A DNA stretch of 64,000 nucleotides. Origin: Verrucomicrobiia bacterium. GTDB lineage: Bacteria > Verrucomicrobiota > Verrucomicrobiia > Limisphaerales > Palsa-1400. The translations under genes were made by a program, and so were the position numbers. The DNA lies in assembly GCA_035551475.1 (NCBI GenBank), contig DASZMX010000053.1, positions 32,328 through 96,327 on the forward strand, in the 5' to 3' direction. Positions 8,025-17,800 of this stretch are shown one piece after another. The notes under the pieces were generated by a model. The model saw nothing but the letters and a program-made list of their open reading frames with translations. It was not told where the DNA came from and searched no databases. Positions within the stretch are counted from its first letter, which is position 1, and each line of letters starts with the position of its first letter.

Positions 8025-9233
8025 ATGAAAGCGCTGGTTTATCGAGGCCCCCGGGATGTTCGCATCGAAGAAGTTCCTGACCCCAAAATCGAAGAGCCGA
8101 CCGACGTGTTGGTTAAAATCACCGCCACCAATATCTGCGGCTCGGATCTGCACATGTATGAAGGCCGCACGGATGTCGAGAAAGGCAAGGTGCTCGGCCA
8201 CGAAAATCTTGGAGAGGTCGTGGAAGTTGGCGCGGCCGTTTCCCAAATCAAAGTGGGCGACAAGGTTTGCCTCCCGTTCAACATTAGTTGCGGCTCCTGC
8301 AAAAACTGCGAGCGCGGCCTGACGGGATTTTGTTTGACCATGAATCCGGGGGTGGCGGGCGCCGCGTACGGCTACGCCGGCATGGGCCCGTATAATGGCG
8401 GCCAGGCGGAATATCTGCGCGTGCCGCATGGGGACTTCAATTGCCTGAAACTGCCGGAAGACGCGGCTGAGAAGGAAAACGATTACGTCATGCTCTCGGA
8501 TATTTTTCCGACAGGCTGGCATGCCGTGGAGCTTTCCGGGATGAAACCAGGCGAATCGATTGTCATTTACGGATGCGGGCCGGTGGGATTGATGGCGGCG
8601 CATTCCGCCATGATTCGAGGCGCGAGCCAGGTCATCATTGTCGACCGCCATCCAGATCGCTTGCGTCTGGCAGAACAAATCGGCGCCATCCCGGTGGACG
8701 ATTCCAAGGGATCGCACGTCGAGGAAATTCTCGAGCACACCGACGGCGAAGGCGCCGACCGTGGCTGCGAATGCGTCGGTTATCAATGCCACGACCCGGC
8801 AGGCCACGAAGTCCCGAACATGACCATGAATGACCTGGTTAAATCCGTCCGGCCTTCCGGTGGAATTGGCGTGGTGGGTGTTTTCGTGCCTGAAGATCCA
8901 AAAGGCGCCGACAAGCTGGCCAAGGAAGGCAAGATTGCCTTCGATCTCGGGAACTTTTTCACCAAGGGCCTGCACATGGGAAGCGGACAAGCGAACGTCA
9001 AAGCGTATAACCGTTATTTGTGCAATTTGATTCATGCGGATCGCGCCAAGCCGTCGTGGATTGTTTCGCATGAGATTGCTTTGGACGAGGCGCCATCGGC
9101 CTACGAACATTTCGACGCCCGCGATAAAGGCTGGACGAAAGTCATCCTTCATCCCGGCGCGGCGCAGAAAAATTCACGGCGCAAGGAAGCTAAGAGCTCA
9201 CGCTCGCACCGCGAGTTGGCCCACGCTCATTGA
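8025..9233 (+). CDS. fdhA: zinc-dependent glutathione-independent formaldehyde dehydrogenase-like alcohol dehydrogenase
   Basis: MKALVYRGPRDVRIEEVPDP, catalytic Zn site CGSDLH, structural Zn cluster CGSCKNCERGLTGFC, Rossmann motif GCGPVGL. The start is trimmed to ATG 8025, preceded by aaggacaagagg. Confidence 0.8.
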   Translation: MKALVYRGPRDVRIEEVPDPKIEEPTDVLVKITATNICGSDLHMYEGRTDVEKGKVLGHENLGEVVEVGAAVSQIKVGDKVCLPFNISCGSCKNCERGLTGFCLTMNPGVAGAAYGYAGMGPYNGGQAEYLRVPHGDFNCLKLPEDAAEKENDYVMLSDIFPTGWHAVELSGMKPGESIVIYGCGPVGLMAAHSAMIRGASQVIIVDRHPDRLRLAEQIGAIPVDDSKGSHVEEILEHTDGEGADRGCECVGYQCHDPAGHEVPNMTMNDLVKSVRPSGGIGVVGVFVPEDPKGADKLAKEGKIAFDLGNFFTKGLHMGSGQANVKAYNRYLCNLIHADRAKPSWIVSHEIALDEAPSAYEHFDARDKGWTKVILHPGAAQKNSRRKEAKSSRSHRELAHAH

Positions 9234-9260
9234 GCGAGAGTCAAATAGGCAGGTTCATGC

Positions 9261-9298
9261 CGGCGGGAACGCGCTTCACGTTCCCGCCGCTACTTTTT
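9261..9298 (+). terminator. candidate intrinsic terminator after fdhA (overlaps the miaA stop codon)
   Basis: An 11-bp perfect GC-rich stem (cggcgggaacg / cgttcccgccg) with a 7-nt loop. It is followed by CTAC and then TTTTT. The T tract is offset by 4 nt, so confidence is moderate. Confidence 0.4.
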
Positions 9299-10189
9299 CG
9301 AATCCGAAAACGCCAGCCACTCCAGCCGCATCTGCCGGCGGAACCACACGAGCTGGCGTTTGGCAAATTGCCGCGTGCGAATCTTTACCAAGTCGATGGT
9401 CTCAGCGAGGGAACGGGCGCCACGCAAATGCTCCACCACTTGCCGGTAGCCGAGCGCCTGCAAGGCGGACGGGCTTTCGCCCAAGCCCTTCGACAACAAG
9501 AATTCCGTCTCAGCCACCAACCCGCGCCGGAACATTTCATCGACGCGGCCATGAATGCGGTCGCGCAATTCGCCGGCGGGACGCGTGAGGCCGAACGAGA
9601 AAGGCGCCGCATGGGCCGGCAAGGGAGCGCGCTGAAGGGAAAACGGCTTTCCGGTCAAACGAATCACTTCCACCGCGCGGGTGACGCGCCGGGGGTTCTG
9701 GCGGTCGATATTCGCAAAGGCTACGGGATCGGCCTGCTCCAATTCCTTTAACAAAACGGCCAGCGGAGTCGCAGCGAGTTCCGCGCGCAAAGCCGCGTCG
9801 GACGGCGGCGCTTCGCCGAGACCTTCGAGATAGGCCTTGAAATAAAACCCGGTGCCGCCGCAGAAAATGGGCGTCCGTCCCCGCGCTTGAATGTCCGAGG
9901 CGGCGGCGCGCGCCAGCCGCACGAATTGCGCGGCGTCAAAGGGCTGCGTCACGTCCACCACGTCAAGAAGATGATGCGGCGCGCGCCGTTGCTCTTCCGG
10001 CGAAGGTTTGGCGGTGCCGATGTCCATGCCGCGATACACCTGCATGGAATCGACGGAGATGATTTCGCCCGCGCATTTTTCCGCCAGGGCGAGCGCCACG
10101 GCGGATTTGCCCGCCGCAGTCGGGCCCGCGAGAAAGATCGGCGCCCCCGCCGCGAAATCGCACGGAAACTGAACGCCCGCCACGATCAC
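9290..10189 (-). CDS. miaA: tRNA dimethylallyltransferase
   Basis: P-loop GPTAAGKS, ISVDSMQVYRGMDIGTAKP, and a typical length. The start overlaps the lgt stop by 4 nt. Confidence 0.93.
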   Translation of the reverse strand: MIVAGVQFPCDFAAGAPIFLAGPTAAGKSAVALALAEKCAGEIISVDSMQVYRGMDIGTAKPSPEEQRRAPHHLLDVVDVTQPFDAAQFVRLARAAASDIQARGRTPIFCGGTGFYFKAYLEGLGEAPPSDAALRAELAATPLAVLLKELEQADPVAFANIDRQNPRRVTRAVEVIRLTGKPFSLQRAPLPAHAAPFSFGLTRPAGELRDRIHGRVDEMFRRGLVAETEFLLSKGLGESPSALQALGYRQVVEHLRGARSLAETIDLVKIRTRQFAKRQLVWFRRQMRLEWLAFSDSKK

Positions 10190-11046
10190 ACTTTTTCCTG
10201 GAGGCCGGCCGTCACGGGCTGGCCGGCGTCAGATCCGGGACGCGGCAATTTCCAAAGCAGCAAGCCGCCGATCGCGAGGCCGATGATGCCTGTCAATTGC
10301 GCCGGCGTCAGGAGTCCGTGGAACAGATGTTCGGGCGTATAGTCGCCGCGATAGATTTCCACAAAGGAGCGCGTCATGGCGTAGCACATGAGATAAATGG
10401 CGAAAATCTGGCCGTCGAATTTTTTGCGCCGATACGCCCAGGCCAGCCCGAGATACAGCGCAAAATTCAAAAGTGAATCGTAAATCTGCACGGGATGCAC
10501 CACCCAGGGAAACGATTCATGCCAAATGGGAAAGCGAATGCCCCACGGCATGGTGGTGTGTTTGCCGTAACAGCAGCCGTTCATCAGGCAACCCCACCGT
10601 CCGAACACGCAGCCGAGCGCAATGCTCGGCGCGAGGGCGTCAGAAATTTTCCAGAGCGGCAACTTGTTTTTCCGCGCGTAAAGAATGCAGGCGAGCGAAG
10701 CGCCGATCAATCCCCCGTAGAACACGAGCCCCGCATGCTGCACCATGAAAATTTCCACCGCCGGGCTGTTGTGAAAATCAGCCGCGTCTTTGATGATGTT
10801 GTCCCAATACGCGATGCAATACCAGGCGCGCGCCCCGACGATGGTTCCGACCATCAGCCATGGGCCCATGTCGAGAATCGTTTCGGCGCGCAAACCGTCG
10901 CGGCGCCCGCGGCGGCTGGCTGTCCACAAACCGGCCATAAAGCCGCACACCACGAGGATGCCGTACCATGTCACCACCAAGGGGCCCAGTTGAAAAGCAA
11001 TCGGATGCACTGCCTCTAAAATAAGGGGCGCGCGCCCAAATGGCAA
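10186..11046 (-). CDS. lgt: prolipoprotein diacylglyceryl transferase
   Basis: Polytopic membrane protein with motifs [29 protein letters not shown] and HPVQIYDS. Confidence 0.93.
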   Translation of the reverse strand: MPFGRAPLILEAVHPIAFQLGPLVVTWYGILVVCGFMAGLWTASRRGRRDGLRAETILDMGPWLMVGTIVGARAWYCIAYWDNIIKDAADFHNSPAVEIFMVQHAGLVFYGGLIGASLACILYARKNKLPLWKISDALAPSIALGCVFGRWGCLMNGCCYGKHTTMPWGIRFPIWHESFPWVVHPVQIYDSLLNFALYLGLAWAYRRKKFDGQIFAIYLMCYAMTRSFVEIYRGDYTPEHLFHGLLTPAQLTGIIGLAIGGLLLWKLPRPGSDAGQPVTAGLQEKV

Positions 11047-11098
11047 ACTCGCGCGAATTTCATTTGAAATCGCACGCCTGCGTTTTACAAGTTACGGC

Positions 11099-12658
11099 AT
11101 GGCCAAAATACAACGCGCCCTGCTCTCGGTCTTCGACAAAACCGGGTTGAACGACCTCGCCCGGACCCTCAGCCAGGCTGGGGTGGAAATCATTTCGACC
11201 GGAGGCACGGCCAAAGCGTTGCGCGAGCAAGGGCTGGCCGTCACCGATCTCAGCGCCTACACCGGCTTTCCCGAAATGATGGATGGCCGGGTGAAGACGC
11301 TGCATCCGAAGATTCACGGCGGACTGCTTTTTCGCCGGTCGCTCCCGCAGCACGAAGCCGCCGCGCGCCAGCATGACATCAAGCCCATCGACCTGGTGGT
11401 GGTGAATCTTTATCCCTTCGCGCAAACGATTGCCCGGCCCGGCGTAACCTTGGATGAAGCGATCGAAAACATAGATATTGGCGGCCCCTCCATGATTCGC
11501 AGCGCCGCCAAAAATCACGAAAGTGTGGCGGTCGTCACGAACCCGGCGGACTACGCGGAAGTCGGCGCGCAAATTGCCGCCACGGGCGGCGTCAGCGAAG
11601 AACTTCGGCGCAAACTGGCGGCCCGGGCCTTCGCGCTGACCGCGGCGTATGACCGGCAAATCGCCGATTATCTGCGGCAGCAATTCGAGCCCGCGCCGCC
11701 GGAGGCCGAAAAATGGGCGGCGTCGCTGCCGTTGCAATTCACGTTTGCCCAGGCGCTGCGCTATGGCGAAAACCCACACCAGCGCGCCGCATTGTACGGC
11801 CGCTTTCACGAGCATTTTGAGCAACTCCACGGCAAGGAGCTTTCCTACAACAATATTCTCGACTTGACGGCTGCGGCGTTTCTGATCGGGGAATTTTCCG
11901 GCGATGCGCCGACGGTTGCCATCCTGAAGCACACCAACCCATGCGGCGTGGGCCAGGCGCCCTCGTTGCGCGAGGCGTGGGACAAGGCGTTCGCCACGGA
12001 TAAACAGGCGCCGTTTGGCGGCATCATTGCCGTGAACGCGCCGCTCGACCTGCCCTGCGCCGAAGCCATTTCCGAGATTTTCAGCGAGGTGATTATCGCG
12101 CCGGCTTTCGCCCCGGACGCCCTGGAACTGCTCAAGAAAAAGAAAAACCTTCGCCTGCTGAGAATTTTGCGCTCCCCGGCGGCGGGCAGCGAAATTGAAT
12201 TTCGCGGCGTCGGCGCCAATTCCCTGCTCGTGCAGGAGCGCGACTTGAGAACCACCGGGCCGGCGGATTGGAAAATCGTCACGCAACGGGCCCCGACGGA
12301 AGCGGAGTTGCGGGCGATGCGTTTTGGGTGGCGCGTGGCCAAGCACGTCAAGTCGAACGCCATTATTTATGCCGGGCCGGACCGCACCCTCGGCGTCGGC
12401 GCCGGCCAGATGAGCCGCGTCGATGCCAGCCGCATCGCGATCTGGAAGGCGCAGGAAGCGGGCCTTTCCCTCCAAGGCAGCGTGGTGTGCAGCGACGCGT
12501 TTTTTCCGTTTGCCGATGGCTTGATCGCCGCCGCCGAGGCGGGCGCCACCGCGGCGGTGCAACCCGGAGGATCGGTGCGGGACCCGGAGGTGATCGCCGC
12601 CGCCGACGCGCGGAGCATCGCGATGGCCTTCACTGCCACCCGGCATTTCCGGCATTAG
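11099..12658 (+). CDS. purH: bifunctional AICAR transformylase / IMP cyclohydrolase
   Basis: Full-length match to the PurH pattern: [44 protein letters not shown] and TGVRHFRH-like C-terminus TATRHFRH. Confidence 0.97.
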   Translation: MAKIQRALLSVFDKTGLNDLARTLSQAGVEIISTGGTAKALREQGLAVTDLSAYTGFPEMMDGRVKTLHPKIHGGLLFRRSLPQHEAAARQHDIKPIDLVVVNLYPFAQTIARPGVTLDEAIENIDIGGPSMIRSAAKNHESVAVVTNPADYAEVGAQIAATGGVSEELRRKLAARAFALTAAYDRQIADYLRQQFEPAPPEAEKWAASLPLQFTFAQALRYGENPHQRAALYGRFHEHFEQLHGKELSYNNILDLTAAAFLIGEFSGDAPTVAILKHTNPCGVGQAPSLREAWDKAFATDKQAPFGGIIAVNAPLDLPCAEAISEIFSEVIIAPAFAPDALELLKKKKNLRLLRILRSPAAGSEIEFRGVGANSLLVQERDLRTTGPADWKIVTQRAPTEAELRAMRFGWRVAKHVKSNAIIYAGPDRTLGVGAGQMSRVDASRIAIWKAQEAGLSLQGSVVCSDAFFPFADGLIAAAEAGATAAVQPGGSVRDPEVIAAADARSIAMAFTATRHFRH

Positions 12659-12749
12659 GCCATCCCTATCTGTCAAGTTGATTTTCGCGCAGCTAAAACC
12701 GCAAGATTAGTCAAGCGGCGGGGGGCGGCGTTTGCTAAGGTGGCGGCAG

Positions 12750-14156
12750 ATGAAAGTGCGACCGTCCCAATCCCAAGCCACCTGGAATGATTATCAGGCG
12801 CGGATTCTGCGGGCGCTGACGCATATCCAAGAGCGGCTGGACGAGACGTTGGATTTGGAGGCGCTGGCGCAGGTGGCATGCTTTTCCAGTTTTCATTTCC
12901 ACCGAATTTTTGCGGCGATGACTGGGGAAACGATCGCGGACCATGTGCGGCGATTGCGCCTGGAGCGAGCGGCGCTGGAGTTAAGAAATGGCGGGAAGCA
13001 GGTGGTGACGGTGGCGCTGGACGCCGGTTACGAGGCGCATGAAGCCTTCACGCGCGCTTTCAAGGCGGCTTATGGGGTTTCACCGGCGGAATTTCGGCGC
13101 GCGACGGGACCGATCACCGTCCTGGCCGCGCCGTCCGGCGTGCATTTTCGGCCGGGAATTCCCTTAACCACATTCAATACCAACCATTTGACAACAAAAT
13201 CCATGAAAGTTATCACAAAAAAAATTAAACCGCGGCTGGTGGCGTACTTGCGGCATGTGGGACCCTATGAAGAAACGGGCGCGACGTGGAGCAAGCTGGC
13301 GGCGCGGCTGGCGGGGGAGAAGCGGATTCACAAGGGTTCGATCTTCATCGGCATCGGCCATGACAATCCAAGTGACACCCCGGCGGCGGAGCTACGTTAC
13401 GATGCGTGCATCACCGTGGATGAGGATTATCAGCCCAAGCGGCCAGTGCAGACGCAGGTCATTGCGGGGGGTGATTTTGCGACGGTACAGAACTGCCCCG
13501 TGCCGAAAATTAAGGAGGCCTTTCAACATCTCTTCGGCAAATGGCTGGCGCGAAGCGGACGGGAATTGCGCCCGGCGCCCAGCTTCGCCGTAATGGTTGA
13601 CGCCCAAAAGGCCGTGCCGCCAGAGAAACGCCGGGTGGATATTTATGTGCCGTTGCAGCCGAAGCGGCAAGTCGCCAAGTCCCAGCAAATGAGCATCGAA
13701 GTCACCACGCTCGAACCCCGTCGGGTCGCTTACATGCGCCATGTGGGGCCGTACCGGGAAGCATACCGGACGTGGCAGGATTTTACGGCGCGGCTGAGAA
13801 AGGCCGGACTCTCCGGCAAGGGCTCGATTTATATCGGCGTGCCGATGGATGATCCCAAAGCAACGCCCGAGAGCAAATTGCGCTACGACGCGTGCATGAC
13901 GGTGGATGAGACCTATGCACCCCAAAAACCGGTGCGGGTGAAGACGCTTCCGGGCGGCGATTTCGTGGTGGCGCGAAACTGTCCGATCGGCGCCATCGCC
14001 CAGGGTTACGAAAAACTGTACCGGTCATGGCTGCCCGGAAGCGGCCGCGTGGTGCGAAAGGAGCCATCGTTTTTGGTGGCGGTTGACGGGCACGAGGAAA
14101 TGCCGCCGGGATTTGGCTATACGGATATTTACCTGCCGCTGGAAGCCAAGAATTAG
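12750..14156 (+). CDS. AraC-family transcriptional regulator with two tandem GyrI-like effector-binding domains
   Basis: N-terminal HTH_18 (SSFHFHRIFAAMTGETIADHVRRLRLERAA, GYEAHEAFTRAFKAAYGVSP), followed by two homologous ~150-aa modules (VAYLRHVGPYEE... and VAYMRHVGPYRE...). ATG 12750 is chosen over TTG 12732. Confidence 0.85.
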   Translation: MKVRPSQSQATWNDYQARILRALTHIQERLDETLDLEALAQVACFSSFHFHRIFAAMTGETIADHVRRLRLERAALELRNGGKQVVTVALDAGYEAHEAFTRAFKAAYGVSPAEFRRATGPITVLAAPSGVHFRPGIPLTTFNTNHLTTKSMKVITKKIKPRLVAYLRHVGPYEETGATWSKLAARLAGEKRIHKGSIFIGIGHDNPSDTPAAELRYDACITVDEDYQPKRPVQTQVIAGGDFATVQNCPVPKIKEAFQHLFGKWLARSGRELRPAPSFAVMVDAQKAVPPEKRRVDIYVPLQPKRQVAKSQQMSIEVTTLEPRRVAYMRHVGPYREAYRTWQDFTARLRKAGLSGKGSIYIGVPMDDPKATPESKLRYDACMTVDETYAPQKPVRVKTLPGGDFVVARNCPIGAIAQGYEKLYRSWLPGSGRVVRKEPSFLVAVDGHEEMPPGFGYTDIYLPLEAKN

Positions 14157-14175
14157 GAATTGGCGAGGCGGCAGC

Positions 14176-14814
14176 CTAGGCGTTCAGATACTTGACAACG
14201 GCCTCGGTGCGGGAGTGGACATGCAGTTTCTCGTAAATGTTGCGGATATGAGTGTGCAGCGTGCCCTCGCTGATGGTCAAGTTGTCCACAATTTCCTTGT
14301 AACGAAAGCCTTTGGCGAGCTGCTCGAGGACTTCGACCTCGCGCGCGGTCAACTGCTCCAATTCAGAGGCGGATTCCGGCGTGCGCTGGAAATGCTGGAC
14401 GACTTTGCGCGCAATCTGCGGCGTCATGGGCGAACCGCCATCGCGGGCTTCGCGAATGGCGGCGAATAATTTGGTGGGCGTGGTGCGCTTGAGCAAATAG
14501 CCGCTCGCGCCGGCCATGAGGGATTTGAAGAGCCGGTTGTTATCTTCGTACACCGTGAGCATGATGAATTGCGTGTCGCGCATCTGGCCTTTGAGTTGAC
14601 GCACGCATTCCACGCCGTCCATGCCGGGCAAATTGATGTCCATCAAAACGACGCCCGGCTTGGCTCCCGGCAATTCCTGGCAGGCGGATTCAGCGTCGCG
14701 ATAGCTTGCGATCAGGCGCAGTTGCGGGTTCTCTCGAATGCGGTAGCCCAGGTTGGCGCGAATCTCCTCGTCATCCTCCACGATAGCGACCGCAATGGTT
14801 TTCCCATCGGTCAT
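14176..14814 (-). CDS. NarL/LuxR-family response regulator
   Basis: REC domain (IAVAIVEDDEEIR, VVLMDINLPGMDG) plus LuxR HTH (LTAREVEVLEQLAKGFRYKEIVDNLTISEGTLHTHIRNIYEKL). The start is set at ATG 14814; ATGs at 14850 and 14862 are alternatives. It lies directly downstream of the kinase. Confidence 0.88.
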   Translation of the reverse strand: MTDGKTIAVAIVEDDEEIRANLGYRIRENPQLRLIASYRDAESACQELPGAKPGVVLMDINLPGMDGVECVRQLKGQMRDTQFIMLTVYEDNNRLFKSLMAGASGYLLKRTTPTKLFAAIREARDGGSPMTPQIARKVVQHFQRTPESASELEQLTAREVEVLEQLAKGFRYKEIVDNLTISEGTLHTHIRNIYEKLHVHSRTEAVVKYLNA

Positions 14815-14870
14815 GACATCACTCACAGGGCTGAGTCTAGGGGTTTTCATGGGAACTTTCATTCGTAAGT

Positions 14871-17800
14871 TTATATGAGGGGCGCGGCATTGCCATTGGC
14901 CTCCAAAGGCTGCAAGCGCACGAGCATGCGCAACTGGGTCCCCTGCCCCGGCGCGCTGGCGCATTGGAACTGTCCGCCCATCCGGGCGATGCGCTGACGC
15001 ATATTGGAAAGGCCGTTGCCGCCCCGGGCGTCGAGATTGAAACCGTGGCCGTTGTCGTCGATGGAAATTTCCAATTCATCGCCCGCGCAATCCAATTTCA
15101 CCTGCGCCGCGCTGGCGCCGGAATGGCGGACGATGTTGTTGAAAGCCTCCTTCACCACGAGGAACAGGTCGTGCCGCACCTCCGCCGGCAAGGGCCACGG
15201 CGGCGCCTGCACGGGCATTTCCAGGCGGCAACTCACCGCGGTGTTTTCGAAAAATTCGTCCGCGTAATGCGTTATGTAGTTGATAAGGCCTTCCAGCGTG
15301 TCGTTTTCCGGATCGACCGCCCAGACAATCTCGTCCAGGGATTGCACCGTGTGCCGGGCGGAGTTGACAATTTTATGCACATGCGCCGCCACGTCCTCGC
15401 GCCGCACAAGGCCTTCCTGCGTCCGTTCCCCGAGCATCATGATGCGCGTCAGGCTCGAGCCGAGATCATCGTGAATATCCTTGGCGATGCGCCCGCGCTC
15501 GCGTTCGATGGCATGCCGCTGCTCGAGCAACTCCAACTGCCGCCGCATGCGGCGCGCGGTAAAAAAGCGGGCCGCCGCGCCGGCGCCGCCCACTGCCAGG
15601 CCCGCGAGCAGCAGGCGAAACCAGAGCGTCTGATAATAAAATGGAATCACCACCACCGGCAGCGCCAAACCGGCCTCGTTCCAGATCCCATCGGCATTGC
15701 AGGCGGCCACATGAAACGTATAAGAGCCGGGCGGAAGATTATTGTAAGTCGCCGAGCGCTGGGTTCCCGCCTCCACCCAATCGGCATCCAGACCTTCCAA
15801 CTTCCGGCGGAACCGGCATTCCTCCGGCGCGCGATAATCCAGCGCGCAATAATCAAACTTCACTTCGCCCCGTCCGGGTGGAATCCACAATTCCCGCCCG
15901 GGGGAAATCGCCGGCGCGGGCAGCCGCCCCAGCATCGGGCGCTTGTCGGCCCACACCTGTTCGATAAAAACTGCCGGCGCCGCGCGATTGACGCGGACGG
16001 TGGAAGGATCCACCACCACCAGCCCCTTGCTCGTCGGAAACCAGAGCCGGCCATCGCGCCCTTTCCATCCGCCCGGCTTGGCCGCGCCGTTGCATTGCGG
16101 GGTGACCATGCCGTCGTTTTTTCCGTAGGCAATGCTGACGATCTTTTTGACATCACCATGATCGAGGTTATCCAACTCCGATTTGCGGACGCGAAAGACG
16201 CCTTGGGAGGAGCTCATCCATAGCCAGCCCAAATCATCATCCAAAATCTCGAAAATCTCATCGCAAAACAATCCCTGGCGAGACGTGTAGGCCGTGATTT
16301 TCCCATGATGCAAACGGTCGAGGCCGCCGCCTCGCGTCCCAATCCAAAGATCGCCGGATTTGTCCGGCCGCAACGCGGTCACGGTGTCATCCGAGAGCCC
16401 ATCCGCGGTGGTCATCCTGGTGATGCGACCGTTTTCGATGCGAGTGAGCCCGCCCTCGGAACCGACCCACAAGACGCCCGCCGCATCCTCGGCGAGGGCG
16501 CGGATGAGATTCCCCGCCAAACCATCCGCGGTCGTGTAATTGACAAATTTGCCGGCGCGCATTCGGCTCAAGCCCTTGGTGGCCCCAATCCATAAAGTCC
16601 CGGCATGGTCTTCATGCAGCACGCGAATCGGCGCATTGATCAAGCCATCGCGCGCCGTGTAGCGCTGGAGATTGCCATCCTGCAAGCAGGCCAAACCGCC
16701 GTCGTAATCGCAGCCGATCCACAATTTCCCGTCGCGCCCCTCCTCGGTGGAAAGAATTAAATCGGTTGGCAGGCCATTGGATTGCGTCAGCGCGGTGACA
16801 TGGTCATCGCGCAAACAATCCAGGCCCCCGCCCCAGGTGGCCGCCCAGATGTTGCCCGCCGCGTCCTCCCGCACGGACATGACGTTGTTATGCGTCAAGC
16901 CTTGTTGTCGTGTATAAGAAAAAAACCGCTCCGGCGTCAATCGCGCCAGGCCTTCCTTTGATCCCACCCAAATATCGCCCTGGTTGTCTTCGAAGAGGGC
17001 GTTGACGCGGTCAAACGGCATGCCGTCATTGTTCAACTCGCTAAAAAAACGCCCGGCGCGGAAGCGATTCAAGCCGCTATAGGTGCCGACCCAGAAATTA
17101 TTTTCGTGATCCTCCAGGATCGCGCTCACGAAACTGTCCGACAAGCCGAAGCGCGTATTGTAGGCGTAGAAATGCCCCAGGTCGTACCAATTCTCCCAGA
17201 GCATCCCGTTATTGGAGCCAATCCAGATGCGCGCGCCCTTGTCTTGGAAAATGGCGCGCACGGCGTCGTTGGGCAATCCATTCGGCATGGGAAAAGAATC
17301 CATCACCTGCCCCGTGAGGCGATTCAACCCGCCGCCCGTGGCGATCCAGAGCGCGCCGCTGCGATCCTCCAGGATGGCGCGCACGACATCAGACAAAAGG
17401 CCTTGTTTTGTCGTATAATTGACAACGTGCCCGCCCTGGTAGCGGCTCATGCCGGTGGTCGAGCCCACCCACAACGCGTTTTTCCCCTCGTAAATGACGC
17501 GCACCTCGTTCCCCGCCAGGCCGTTGCTTTGTGTGAGGGTGGAGAAAACTCCATCCCGCAAAACCGCCACGCCGCCTCCGTCCGAGCCGACCCAGAGCGC
17601 CCCATCCCGGGTGGCGCACAAGGCGGTGATCGAGGAGTTTTTGATTTCCGGAGTGTTCCGCGCATCAAAGGTTGTGAAACGCATCCCGTCAAAACGCGCC
17701 AAGCCAGCCAGCGTTCCCACCCACAGAAAACCGTCATGAGTTTGCGCGATGGCTTGCACGAAATTGTTGGGCAAACCTTCGTCCATTTGCCAGAGACGCG

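Noticed and set aside
11060-12676. 538-aa ORF antisense to purH
   Set aside because: A shadow frame of an unambiguous purH. The composition is Arg/Gly/Ala-rich and it has no domain signatures.
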